Positions 1 to 39,571 of a stretch of DNA of 64,000 bases are shown in pieces. Under the pieces are notes generated by a model. That model saw only the letters and a program-made list of their open reading frames with translations, was not told the DNA's origin and searched no databases. The DNA is from Rhina ancylostomus (lineage: Eukaryota). The stretch covers positions 30,681,436-30,745,435 of the forward strand of contig JARFYF010000012.1 in NCBI GenBank assembly GCA_030265395.1, in the 5' to 3' direction. Numbering within the stretch: position 1 is the first letter of the stretch; the number at the start of each line of letters is the position of its first letter. Made by a program: the position numbers and the translations under genes.

Positions 1-530
1 CCTCTCGCCCTCAACAGCTTTGATGTAGACAGGAGCATGTGCATCACCCCCCCCCTTCCTGAAGTTAATGACCAGTTCTTTTGTTTTGATGACATTGAGG
101 GAAAGGTTGTTGTCATGACACCATGTTACTAAGCTCTCTATCTCCTACCTGTACTACGACTCATCGTTATTTGAGATACGGCCCACCATGGTGGTATCAT
201 CTGCAAACTTGTAAATGGAGTTAGAACAGAATCTGTTCTACATTCTCATGAGTATATAGGGAGTAGAGGACTGAGGATGCAGGCTTGTGGGGCACCAGTT
301 TTGAGAATAATCGTGGCAGAGGTGTTGCTGCTTATCCTCATGATTGTGGTTTGTTGGTCAGGAAGTCAGGAATCCTGTTGCAAAGGGAGGTGTTGAGTCC
401 TGGTTCTGAGTTTGGTGATGATTTGCTTGGAATTATAGTATTGAAGGCAAAGCTGTGGTCAATAAACAATAATTTAACATAGGTGCCTTTACTGTCCAGA
501 TGCTCCAGAGGTGAGTGTCGGGCATCAGAT
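1..530 (-). mobile_element. Rex1/Babar-like LINE reverse transcriptase fragment (decayed)
   Basis: Minus strand reads SNSIYKFADDTTMVGRISNNDES*YR*EIESLVTWCHDNNLSLNVIKTKELVINFRK (FADD motif, in-frame stops). Confidence 0.8.
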
Positions 531-2070
531 GTTAATTGTTATTACTTTGTAGGTTGAGATGTGCTACTTTGAGATATGACTTATTGATTCCATCTGACAC
601 CTTACTGGTATGGATGGTATGTTTAATTTCTCATGCAAAGATCAATACTGGTTATATCAGTGATAGTCTAAAACACTACATAGAACATTCTAGCTGCAAA
701 GTGGCTTGTACACTGACAGCTGTCAATTATTGCCCATTTTGGATGGTCACAATTTTTCCTTTTTTCTTAAGCTATAGCTGCTAATTTTATACCTATTTAT
801 ATTAATTTTATATCCTAACAAAGAGTACCTTTTTATTTCTAGCAGTTTCTATATTTAAGATGTTTATTTCTTAACAAAATCTTCTCACTATTTTTGAAAT
901 AGTGCTCATGGTTCAATGAGTATGAGAACTGTCAGTTATTTATGGCTTCTGGTGTTAGAACAACAATTATTTTAATGCCATCCATTTATCATAGAAATAT
1001 TTTGTAGATGTCTCCTAGGTGCTTCATATCATTTATTTATGATGGGAGATATGACACAGGTTTGGTGGCTTCTACTATCATCCATGAGCAGCAGTGCCAT
1101 CTTATTCCTGGGAGTGTGCTGGTGATTTGAATGGCCTTTTGTTGCTGAAGCCTAACATTCAGTACTTCAATAATGTTTGCATATTATCAAGCAGACAGCC
1201 TACTCTGTAGTCTGAACCTCCTTTCTTACTCTGGTAATGATAAAATAAAACAGAGCTTATACAAAATTACAATACAAAATATAATCCTCCAAGATCATTG
1301 ACCTGAAGTGTCTCTCTGTCTCACAACCTGTTAAGTATTTTCAGAATTTTCTGTTTTATTTTGCATATTTCTGATTTATTTGAGTTTTAGTTACAAATAC
1401 AACTTGTATTTAAATGTGCCATTATTGTAGGAAAATTTCAAGGCACATCACTGTTTCCAAACGAAGTCTGACACTGAACTACTTAAAGAGATATTAGGAT
1501 GAATAACTAAACGCTTTGTCAGAGAGGTAGGTTTTAAGGAACACCACCATAAGAGGAGAGCAACTTATGGAAGGAATTCCACTTGTTCAAGTCTGGGTAG
1601 CCGAAGTCAACAGTGATCTGCAGAAACTGGAGGTCTGTAGCAGACCAAGATTAAGGAGTGTAAAAGTCAAGTTCAAGTTTATTGTCATACGCATAAGTGC
1701 ACAGGGTATAGATGTCATGAAAATTAGCTCTTTGCAGCAGCAGCACAGTATATTACAAGACGAGGACAGACTTAAGTTAACATAAATTGTACATAACTTG
1801 CATGTCTACAAAATAGACATAACAACACTAGTGCAAGATTGTGAGAGAGAAGACAAACTTGAAGGGAGTTATGAAAATAGGGGAGAACAAGGCCATGGAA
1901 GGACTTCAACACGAGACTGAGAACTTTTAAGACTTCTGGACTGGCGGCCACTATAGGTCTGCAAGCATTGCTGATGGGTGAATGGGGAATTTCCTATGAA
2001 TCAGTATAGATATTTGTATTTCAGATTTTATATAAGATGGAGATAGAATGCCAGTGATAGAAATAGATCA

Positions 2071-2290
2071 ATCAGAAAATGCTGAAAATATTCAGCAGGC
2101 CAGACAGCTGTTGTGGAGAGAGAAAGGAAGTTAATATTTCAGATCAATGATCTTCATTTGTTCTATTGAAAGGGCACTGATCTGAAACATTGATTTTTGT
2201 TCCTCTCTGCACAGATGCTGGCTGAGCTGCTGAATATTGCTAGCATTTTCTACTTTGGATCCAGATTTCCAGCATCTGCAGTATTATATT
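2071..2290. mobile_element. Palindromic Penelope-derived non-autonomous repeat
   Basis: Left arm gaaaatgctgaaaatattcagcaggccag... is the reverse complement of right arm ...ctggctgagctgctgaatattgctagcattttc; same family as the terminus of the Penelope element at 13890-13990. Confidence 0.65.
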
Positions 2291-2439
2291 TTTAAAACTT
2301 TAGTTTTGTGTAGGTACTGTCACTCCATGTCTTGTGAATGTATATGAATGGCATACATGATTAGGTGACGTCCACATCGAGTGTTCATATAACCATGATA
2401 AAAGCACGTAGTGAATGAATATTCTGTTTAATCATATCC

Positions 2440-2895
2440 ACTGGAGAGGGTGCAGAGGCAAGTCACAGGATGCTGCATGGGATGGAGCTTTTCAGTGCTG
2501 GGGAGAGGCTGGATAGGCTGGGTTTGTATTTAAGCTGAGGAAGCTGAAAGGCGACCTGTCTGAGATGTACAAAACTGTGGGATATAGATAGGGCAGACAG
2601 TAGAAAACATTTCCCTGGAGCAGAGATACCTAAATCTAGAGGATAAGGGGTAGTAGGTGTCAAGGGGATTTGAGGAAGGTTTTTCACCTAGAGGATGGTT
2701 GGAATCTGAGTGGTTGTTGGAGGCAAGTACTCACTCAATATTCAAGAAGTACCCAGACAGGCATATGGACCACCAATATGTAGAAGGCTACAGAGTAAGT
2801 CCTGGTAAATAGGATTAGTAGAGATATGTGCATGATGGTCGGCATAGACACACTGGGCTGAAGGACCTGTTTCTGTGATGCATGATCCTATGACT
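2440..2895 (+). mobile_element. CR1-like LINE 3' end (decayed)
   Basis: Typical CR1 RT C-terminus and 3' tail (tttttcacctagaggatggttggaatct ... gggctgaaggacctgtttctgtg). Confidence 0.7.
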
Positions 2896-3501
2896 GTTAT
2901 ACATGCAAATTTGATGTGTGTTCATGTTTATTTAGATACAAACATAATGTATGTGCTTGACTAAATATTCATACCTAATTATTGTAATAATTGATGGACT
3001 GAATATATTTGAATTTGTTGATATCATTAAAGCTGTTCCATGTCACCATGTCAAGTTCTACAGCTATTGACTTGCAACCACTTGCTAAATCACAGCAATG
3101 ATGGATAATCCTTCTAAAATCATAAGGTTGTTTGAGGTTGGAGATCAAGAGGGATCATAAAGACGTGCATTTTTTTTCAGGAGTCATCTTATCCACGTAG
3201 ATTGTGTTCGTCATAAGCTTGGAATGTCTGACGTAATTTCCCTTCTAGGAACTCACTTGCACATGAATCCTTTGGGCTCTTGCACGTGTCATTATACCTG
3301 TGCCTGATAAATACCTAGTAAGTCAGAATAAAACAGTGAAAATAGGCAGTTTTGTTGGTTTGTCTGTCTGTTATTACCACAGGTCAAATTTCCTTAATGG
3401 AAAGGAAAACTAAATGAAGTGTACACTCCAGGGACCAATAAATACCTTCTGTTAAGAATATCAGTGAAAGTTTAAAATTATGCCATTTTCACTGTGTTCT
3501 T

Positions 3502-3725
3502 TATTTCTGGCATTTTCAGTTGTTGTTTCAGATCTCCACATTCTTATGCTGGAAATCTGAAACAACAACTGAAAATGCCAGAAATACTCAAATCAGGCAG
3601 CATCTCTGGAGGGAGAAACAGATAACCTTTCAGAACTGATGAAGGATCATTGACCTAAAACATTAGCTCAGTTTTTCTCTCAACAGATGTTGCCTGACCT
3701 GCAGAGTTTTTCCAGCGTTTCTGTA
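3502..3725. mobile_element. Penelope-derived palindromic repeat with an extra terminal 32-bp inverted duplication
   Basis: Arms homologous to 2071-2290; central CTGATGA...; perfect inverted repeat 3502-3533 / 3555-3586. Confidence 0.65.
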
Positions 3726-4341
3726 CTATGGGTGGGGTTGGGCTCTATACTTTGAATATTAGAATCTGCTTTGTAGCTCCATCTAAGGCAAACAATAATG
3801 CTTATGGGCACTGAATGTCAGAAATATTTTTCTGTGNNNNNNNNNNNNNNNNNNNNNNNNNNNNNNNNNNNNNNGGAAGAGTGACAAAGTCTTAGACATA
3901 CTCATTCATTTTTTAGCTGAAACTTTGGAGAGGTGGCCAAAAAAACCAGGGAAACTCAAGAGCTTTCTTTCCACCAGTGATTATTCTGTGAGCTTCCCAG
4001 TCAACAGCCACTGTTTTCATGAACTTTCCCTCCTTCTCGCATAGAATCTAGCTGGATGTTTCTTTCAATCAATTCCCATTTAATAAAGTCACTCATCTTG
4101 ACAATATAAACAGCTAGGTACTCGGATAGGAGAGAGTAGAGGGGCCTAATGCCGACAAATGGGATTAGAATAGATGGGCATCACGTTGTGGGCTGTAAGG
4201 GCCTGTTTCTGTACCATACACTTCAATGATTCCATGAATTTGAATTAAGTGAAGTATAAGAAGATTCACCGTGATAAAACAAAAGTGGCCGACAACATGT
4301 TTTGGAGCAAACAGCAATATAACTCTTTGTTTCTGTCCTAG

Positions 4342-30510
<26,169 letters not shown>

Positions 30511-30648
30511 AAACCTTTACGAAACAAGTATATCACAAACTAAAAATGAGCACTGGCATATTCACTGGATTAATAGTTCAACAAGCTTTCAATTAATATA
30601 ACAACCTGTCACTATAAGGAAAAGCCAACTCTCTTACAGTCACTGATT

Positions 30649-30654
30649 AATAAA
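30649..30654 (+). terminator. Candidate PDE6C polyadenylation signal AATAAA (a second one at 30870-30875)
   Basis: First AATAAA after the stop codon; usage cannot be verified from sequence. Confidence 0.4.
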
Positions 30655-31288
30655 CTTCTATCTTAATGTCACATTGTTTACATTAGTGTAATTATCTATT
30701 AAACACCCTGAATTCTTATTGTTAGCATCACATCCTTTGGAACCTATTGATTTTAGTAAGTTGTTGGGCATTTCATTTTACTATAGTGAGTTATTTGATT
30801 TTTAGGTCTGCGTATGTGACAATGTAGCTACAGAAAAGTTGAAACAACACTAAAAATGGGAATTAGTAAAATAAATTTAAACGGAAAAAGAACCCTGAGT
30901 AAAAGCTTAAGAGTAATGCAGTGGCTTCAAGGTGGCAAAGTATGTTCAGTTCATTCTGATTACATGAATTTTTGGAATTCCATATCTATTTGTTTTGACC
31001 TAAAAATGTGAAGGCTTCACAGTCAACGTATGAAATTTGTTGTTACAATGGAGTGCTGTGGAATATGAATTAGTTATGATTTAAACTGCACATTAATCCA
31101 GTCTTCTATTGCATGATAAATTTTAAAAATCTACATTTCTGAAATACTGATTTAATTTGAAAAAACTAAGCTATCAAATGTTCAAGGAAAAAAAATGTAA
31201 AGAGGAACTTCTGCTTTTAAAACAAGGTGTAAAAAGTGGTAACAGAGTAAATAACGGGGACTGAGGAAAAACAAAATGCTAGGGTATA

Positions 31289-31553
31289 CAAGCGATCCCC
31301 TATGTTAAGGGGGTGGGGTTACGTTCCTAGAAAAGTTTGTCTCGCGATTTTCTGTAACGCAAAGCCACATCATCTGCGCATGCATGAAGAAACACGAATG
31401 GAAAAATAATAAATGTTGCATTTATTTATCTTTTTTTTCCACATAAATTCTGTGAGAGTGAATTTTATTCTGTATCTCAATTCTTGGGTAGTGATTGAAT
31501 TCTGCAAGGGTGAATCTCTATTACCTGAAATGCCATAAAGCAGGGGTCATCTG
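31289..31553. mobile_element. Tc1/mariner (Tigger-like) MITE
   Basis: Imperfect TIRs CAAGCGATCCCCTATGTTAAGG and reverse complement CAGATGACCCCTGCTTTATGG; TA on both sides. Confidence 0.6.
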
Positions 31554-34500
31554 TAATGGCTTTTACCTCAGGCAAGGGTTGAGCACATTGGAGAAGCATT
31601 AGTGATAATCTTCCAAATCTCTTTCATTTGTTTTTGAATACCAACATTATCACTTCATTATTTAGAAGTAAGGGTTGAGGGGGAAAGTAGAGATTGCAGA
31701 CCTATTGGTATAACATCACATAGGAAAATTACTGGAAATTAAAATAAGAGAAAAGATGACTGAGGATTGGTCAAACCCAAGCTGATCAAAGAATCACTGT
31801 AATTGTGACCTGCAGGTTATTTGAATTAACCATCATGAGTTACGGATTGCTTATGGTATTGTCTAAATGGGATCCCAAATTTATTTAATAATATTCCCAT
31901 TTAGAGATAATTACACAGTACAAGGTAATCTTGTGGCATCGGTTGTTAATTGGTTGAGCTAGAGTCAGATACTTGTATAAGAAAAAAAGGATATGGATAC
32001 TAATTAACAGGGTGTGGTGAGAGTGATTTGTACTGGAACTCCAACTCATCCCCATATATTTATAGCTTGGATGAAAAGAGTAAAATAGATTTCCAATTAC
32101 AGATTACTCACTTTAAGTGGGACATAAATTGTGCCAAGCAGAGTTGCAAAGGAATGTAGACTGATTAAATTAATGGGTAAAAGCAATAACATATGAACTT
32201 ATATAGTATGAACTTATAATGTAGAAAACCACTCCAAGCATATCGCTAGAGAGATATACAAAGTCTGACTGGGCCACATTAAAACACCAAAGTCAAAGTA
32301 GATATTAAAGGATGAAAAAGAGGTTGGGGGTTTAATGAGGGGACTCCAGACCTGAATGCAATGCTACCAATAATCACCTGATTAAATCTGGGGACAATTC
32401 ATGAAGCAGAATGGAAGGTACAGATGTCTCAGCTAGTTGTAGTCCTGGACAAATTACAGCTAGCAGGAGCACTTGAGTCCTAAAATGGTGAGAATTTTAA
32501 AATCAAGACAATGCTTAACTGGGAGTCAATACAGGACAGCAAGTATTGGGATGATGGGTGGAAAGAACTTGGTGCAAGTTAGAACATGCAGAGGTGTTCT
32601 CCATGAACTCAGGTTTAGTGAGGGTAGAACAAGGGAAGCTGGCCAGGTGCGCATTGGGGTACTCAGATGCAGTGGCATGGTCAGAGGTCCATCGGCTATT
32701 GAGCTGAAATAAGGAGAAAGCTGGGTAATGGTATGCATAGGGAACTACACAGTGTTAGTGATGATGTGAATACCTGGTCCAAAGCTCACCTCTAGGTCAA
32801 AAATAACATCAAGATGGAGAATAGTCAAGTGAAATAGAGACAGTAGCTAAAGAACAGATTTTGTGAGGGGTCTGATGGCAATGACTCATGGAAACTTGTG
32901 CTCAACAAAGTACCTGATGTCAGATGAGTACTCTGACAATTTAGGGACAGTGGAAAAGGGGGTCAAGAAACTTGGTGAGGTTGAGTTGGGTGTTGCCAAT
33001 GTAAATTAATGTAGAGCATGGCACCTCAGGGACATCAGCAAACACATTAAAGCAGCAGGAGGAGGAAAAACCATTGTAGATGATTATCTGGTTAATATTT
33101 CATAAATAAGAATGAAACCAAGCAGGTGTGGTCCCAGCCAGCTGAACAATGATAGAGGAGACTTACAAGAAGTTGGTATGGTCAACTATTAAGGACTCCA
33201 GACAGGCCAATAGGAACAGGGAGGAAGTGATTTACATTTTTCACAATTACTTTGTGGCCTAGAAATTGGGCCCATTTGTGCCGGATTTTTTCATACACAA
33301 GTCCTGCAACTAAAAGTGTTTTGATGTATTAGTGCCCATATTCTGCCATTTGGGTAGCTGGATCTGCAATTCACCCGAACACAGATCCCTTCTCCCCATC
33401 ATATTTTTAGAACATGATGAAATCATCAGTGTAAGCATCTCATTTTAATTAGAGAAACTGGATCAAAAAGTTACAACTCACAACCTTCAAAAATAATTTA
33501 AAATAAAACCACATGTACGTCATGCTCAAAGTACTGATTGAGAGATACATGGACTGTTCAGTGCAGTTCACTGACCCTTTGATTTGAGAGACACTGACTG
33601 AAGCTTCTTGGGATTACTCATAGCCAAAGGATGCGATGAGCATGCACCATCTGTCAGGGGTTGTCCCCCAGGAGCCCATGTGCCATACCCCTTTATCTCA
33701 TCCCAGTGCTCTCCCTCATCTCCATGGTAGTCACATGGTTCCCACAAGTCAAGGCACAAATGCCACATCAGTTGCAAGCCACCTAGCAAGCAGTTAGCTC
33801 CTAGGAAATGCTGAAGTCAGAATGTAATGCATTTAAAGCAAAGTAATCCATGGTAATACACTCCTGAAGCAAGGATGTCTACATTTCACAACTTCTTCTG
33901 TGAACTTTAACTTGGTGTTGGTGCCTAATGCAGCACTGATCTACTGTTTACCAAGTATACGTAAATTTCAATTTCAAGGCAAGGATAGCATTAATCCCTT
34001 TGATGAGACCTACTTTGGTGTCACGGCAACAGAAGAAATCTGATTGGTGGGGCTCTAACAATGGGCTCTAGGAAAGAAAAGATGTGTCAGATGGAATTCA
34101 ATATGAGGATATTGGAGAACATTGATGTTGAACCCAAGAAAAACAAATTGGAATGTTTTCTTCATAAGAGATATGAACTGTGGAGAACTAAGGGATTTGG
34201 TTCCACGCATAGAAATTGATAACAGCAAGTACAAAGGTATAAAAAGTTTATTCTAACAATGACCCTCATTAGATGGAAACTGCATTTGAAACACTCAGAC
34301 CACCACTGATGAAAACTTACTGCTTCAATGCAAGTGTAATCATTTGGTTTCACTCTCACATATAGCCAACACAAATTGACCAATAGCATTTCTTTTCCCT
34401 GCCATATCTTCATCTAGAAGTTTCCTCAGGGTTTACCTTTCATTCCCTCTTTTCTAATCTGTCCTGAAGAAATAACATTTCCTACTGTAGGATTATCATT

Positions 34501-37500
34501 GATTTGTACTGAGGTCCACTTCTACCTATTCACAACTTCTTAACCTTTCCACTGCCTCTGTGCAATCAGACTGTTTACCTACTATCCATCTTGCATGAAC
34601 ATCATTTTTAGCCTGGTGTGAGCAAACCAGAAGCCCCTATCATCTATCGTCGCTAACCTACTCCAACCCCATCCACCAGCCATTTACTCAAAGTGTTTCC
34701 AACTGATTTGTTTTGCTGAGCTTTTGCTCCGTATCTTGACATAAATGGTATCTATTTTGACTTCTCTAGGATTATTCAGCCCCATCCCTTACCCTCAGTG
34801 CTTTTGCCACTGAAACAGCCATCCATGCCATTGACACCTCCCTAAAATCAACTTTGGTAATGCTTTCCCACCCACCTCCTCCTCCAAAAGTGTTTGAAAC
34901 TCTGCTTCCAATATTTTCCAACAGCATATTGCACTCACCCATTACCCTTGTATTGACCAACATTAACTCCTGATTTCCAAGGCCACAATAGTAAAATTCT
35001 CATGTATTTAAATCATAGGTTCCATCTGCACCTTCTCTGCACTACTTGAATAATTGTTTCGTCCTCTAACTCTGGCCTTTTTGCACCATGAATGGTTGCA
35101 GTTCCCTATAAGCCCTCCTCTGGCATTCCGTCCCTAACTCTCCATCTCTTCCTAGTTTAAGAGGCCTCCTGATCATCACGACCAAGATTTTAATCACCCC
35201 TCTTCTAATATGATGTGCATGTTTTCCAACTACTTCTGTGAAGCACTCTTTTACCTTTTTCTCCGTTAAAGGTGTTTCATCAATGGAAGAAATTATGAAT
35301 TTGGTTAAGGGATAAAATGACTTTTGGTCCCTATTGAGGCTTTCAATAGCTATTCAGCAGTATAAATACTAAATTTTGGAAGAAAAAGTGCTGTATTTAA
35401 AAATGAGTATCCTATCATTTGATTCTTCTAACTGGCTAGATATTGTGGCTGGCAGAAATGTACTTTATACCCTATTCTATTTCTCCTTTATTTGCCATCT
35501 TGCAGGTTGTCTAGTCATACTGGAGCACTGCCCATTACAGTTCATAGCAGCTTTGGGTACAGTCAGTTTTTAGTAGGAGCTAAGAACATGGTTTTTATAT
35601 ACATGGCAAAATTGGGAGAATTTAATAATGAGTGATGGGCAACTCCATTACCACACTTTGGGTGATGGTGTCTGTGGTGGAGTGTGCATCTCATAGATCA
35701 AAATAGCATTGATTTCATCCCTGTGATTTGACAATAATGGTATTGCTGCGGAAATTCATACTGAGTTTTACAACCATGAACAATATGATACAGCAAAGCC
35801 AGCAGGCCATACACATACATGGATATAAGCAGATTGTGTTGAATTGGATTGGGAATTTAACCAAGCTTTAAAGATGGACTTAGATTTAATCTTTAAATCT
35901 TCTGCTTTGAAGTATACTAAATATACTTAACCTCAATGAAGAAGGTTGGCAATATACTTCAAGGATATTTGAGAAAGCATTTCAACATTGTTATAAATCA
36001 GTCAAAAATATATAACATAGGAAAGATTAGAAAAATTGTCTTTCCCATTTCCAAAGATGGTTTTGGATTTATTGTAGATTAGATTGCTAGTTTAAAGTAA
36101 CAATATCCTTGCACGTAGATTTCACTCCCCTCCTTTTGAGTTTTCAGTCAATACTTATATTGGGGAGGACCTCAGTTGTCACCCTCTTATTTTACATATT
36201 GGTGCTCAATTTCACAATGCTATGGTGTCCCATGGAAGGTGAAGTATTACCTTCAACAGACTATTTTACATGGCATCCTCGCAGAGAATCTACATTTTTA
36301 TTTATAAGTAATTTGTTGAGTATCAGGTGGAATCTAATTTCTGTCTCTTAACACACAATAAGATGCTTTAATGCTAATTTCACAAAATATCTCTCCAGGA
36401 AACAGGAATGGCTGAGTTCTGGGAATATTGAAATGCTCCTTCTTTAAAGGGGTTAAAATGGATACAATGACTGCTTGCCTCTCAACCAAAGGTCTGACCA
36501 CTGCAGAGTTCAATATGTGAGTAGCTTCTATATTTCATGGAACATTACTGCTGTCATCTTTACATTGATTTCTATTTTAGTTATTTTATTTTTTCCTTTT
36601 GGGTGAATAAATGGATGTAATGACATGATTTAATGATTAAAGATGTAATCAATAGCTGCAGGTTGCAAATAAAGCAAATGTTTCTAGTAAAATGTGGCGT
36701 TCAGTAGTTCCCTTCTCATCTCACTCTTAATAATCGCAACATCCCCAACTTATCACTTCCACTTCTCACTGCTATCAATTTTCTGCTCTGTGGGCCTTTC
36801 ATTAGATGATTTCCCCTCTTTTCATGCCCTCTTCTTCTGTCACTTTCTATATCATTAACCCTCTTGCCACTCAATAACCTGAATGTCTTCCAGTTCTATT
36901 AATGTCTTTTTCTGTATCTTTTTTCTCAGAGGCTTTATCTGCTTTCAAAATTCAGCTTCTCTCCTCAAAAAGCAAAACTAAGTTAATGGAATAAGGTGCT
37001 TAGTTGGTATTACTGCTCAAAGCCATAAACTTACTGTACTAACTTTCCTAAGTGTCACATTCACAAGTTTTAAAATCTAGATGAATGATAGTTTGACTTC
37101 ATATTAATAAGTACAGTTAAACAGCAAAAAAGTGGTAATTTGGAACCAAAAATGATTGAAACATTGATGTGCTTTAAAGAAGAGGTTCAGGAGCTGGAGG
37201 CAACTACTAACCCCAACATTCATAGAATGTATAAATATAATGCAACATATTTACTCAGGCAGTTTTTGTTCTGAATGGGAACAGATTAACAGGTCAACAC
37301 AAAAGTGCAGCAGAAGCATTCAAAATGTAGGATTTTATACATGAAAGTATTTGCAGTTTAATTGTTTTGATATATTGGAATCATCTAAAAAAATGAATGA
37401 AGCAATATATTTCGGTGACAAATACAGAGACAAATTCTATTATTTCCAAATAGTCTTGCCCTTCAGAAATATATTTTTTCATTTTATACATTTTAAGAGC

Positions 37501-38984
37501 TATTGCTTGATTGTATTTAATAAATAAATGTCTTCCTTCTGATGTCATTCTTCAAGATAGGTTTATGAGGAAAATCCTATTATGGAATCCAGTTCTCTAA
37601 CTTGCTGCCCTTTCATTACACAGCTCTTCTGATCTTTATTCTAATTGACACAAAAATAAACAGTTCAGAATAACTTTCAGAGAACATGCCTAGGCGCAAA
37701 GCGGTTCTTTCTATACTAATCAAAAATAGGGCATGAGCAAAGAATTCTACAGAACTGCAATTACTTTAAAAATACAGGAGTACCATATCACAGAAGACTG
37801 TATTTGTATGTTGCACCTTCCACAATAGGATTAGAATTTAAGAAGGGCCTAGTGTATTAGTTTTGCCTCTCTGTGCTAAGTAGATCAGAAATCCTGCAGC
37901 TGAATGTCAAACCATATTTACACAGAACTTGTGATATAAGGCAATAAAATATTATTCAAATAAGGCTACTGGTTAGGTTTAATGTCTCAACCTATGTTTA
38001 ATTATTACACTGGGAATAAACGATTAAGGAAGACATCATACTGAGAGTGAAGTATATATCAACATGTACATTAAATGAAAGAGCAAATCAATTAAATAAA
38101 TGGACTATAATTCAAATGTATTAATGTTAATAATACATATTTTAATATTTGAGACTTCTATTTATTAGATTCTTTCTTAATTGACTACTACTGCCATATT
38201 GATAAAGCATTACATAACCCATAGCACCGAAAATGTTCCTTCTAGTCCTTTTATGCATCAATACTAATACTGAATTTCTGTCCCTTTGTCAACTCACCAT
38301 CATCATTCAACCTTCCACAATTTTGAACAGTTGTACTTGTTATCCCATTTAATTCATAGCATTCTGTTTTAATTAGAAGTTTCTTATCACATAATTTCAT
38401 GCCTGGCTTTGTACAAATTTGTAGCATTTCAATATGCCCAAACTCCTCAGAATGCTTCAAATCTTAGGATGAACCAATGTCTTACAGACATTTCTTCTCA
38501 ACTCCTAGTTATAATACATGCAAACTCTAGAAACACAAGTCCATTTTTACACCTTTAATCATACTTTATTTTTCCCCTCTTGATTACTTTGCTTTTTCAA
38601 TTTAACAATAACTTTAGACTTCATTTGCTTTCTACTCTCCTCTCTCCCAGAGTATACTGTTTCACATTTCTCTACATTTGAATTGCAATTGCCACGTATA
38701 TGCCAAGTACCTGCTGAAATAATCTGTATTTTGCTACTACTCAGTAATTCCCTCCCTGTCATTGTGCATACAGAGAACAATATTTTTGCTTCTGGAGACA
38801 GTGGACAACAAAGAAGAAACAAATTACTGGAGCATTATGGAAAAATTTAAATGTACACAGTGGTTTATTGATGAGGACAAGTCAGCTACCTAATAAGTGG
38901 CACAGCACGAATATAAAAAGTTGTAGAAGAAATAAATTTCTTAAACCTGTACAAATTGTCCTCTAAAAAAAACAGAAAACTTAA

Positions 38985-38990
38985 TTTATT
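38985..38990 (-). terminator. Candidate FRA10AC1 polyadenylation signal (AATAAA on -; another at 38864-38869)
   Basis: TTTATT on + about 540 nt past the stop codon; usage unverified. Confidence 0.35.
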
Positions 38991-39528
38991 ACTATCTTCA
39001 CATAAAAAGCAGAGACTTCACTGGCTACACTTTAGGATTTCATTGACATGTAAGCATCTTATTGAAACATATCAGAATATTTTCTACTAATAAACAAATT
39101 AATAATCAAGTTGTTGTAACTTCATTGCCTTATTTAAGGAGCAAATCTATTGAGTTATTAAACAGTTTTTCCCTTCATTTGGAGTATTATTACCTTTGAA
39201 ACTTCTGAAGAATATGGAAATTCTCCAAGATGATCTCAACATATTATTGAATGTAGCAGGTCGCAGTTCTTCTGTGAACATTACAATGTAATTAACTCCC
39301 GCAAAATATTTCTATTTATCTTCACAATTTGTTGGTTTGGATTTACAGTGTTCAATTTTCTTCTAGGCTTACTCTTGTTTCAATGTGAAACATAAAATGC
39401 GTTCCTGTGTAAAATTATGTTTTGAGTCTGAAAGGGCAAATTGGATATTCGAGTAATAATTAAGGGATCTTCATTTGGAATAAAATTAATGATGTGATTA
39501 ACCTTTGGTATCCTCTTCAAAGCACTGG

Positions 39529-39571
39529 TCACAGAAACATGTCTTCAAAATATTCATCAAATTCATCCTCC
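39529..39571 (-). CDS. FRA10AC1: FRA10AC1 last coding exon
   Basis: gcag|G GAG...CTG TGA; EDEFDEYFEDMFL-stop matches the conserved EEEFDEYFQDLFL-type C-terminus. Confidence 0.93.

Noticed and set aside
35506-35885. Acceptor-like site followed by coding-looking sequence on +
   Set aside because: All frames close quickly, there is no clear donor, and no protein similarity is recognisable.
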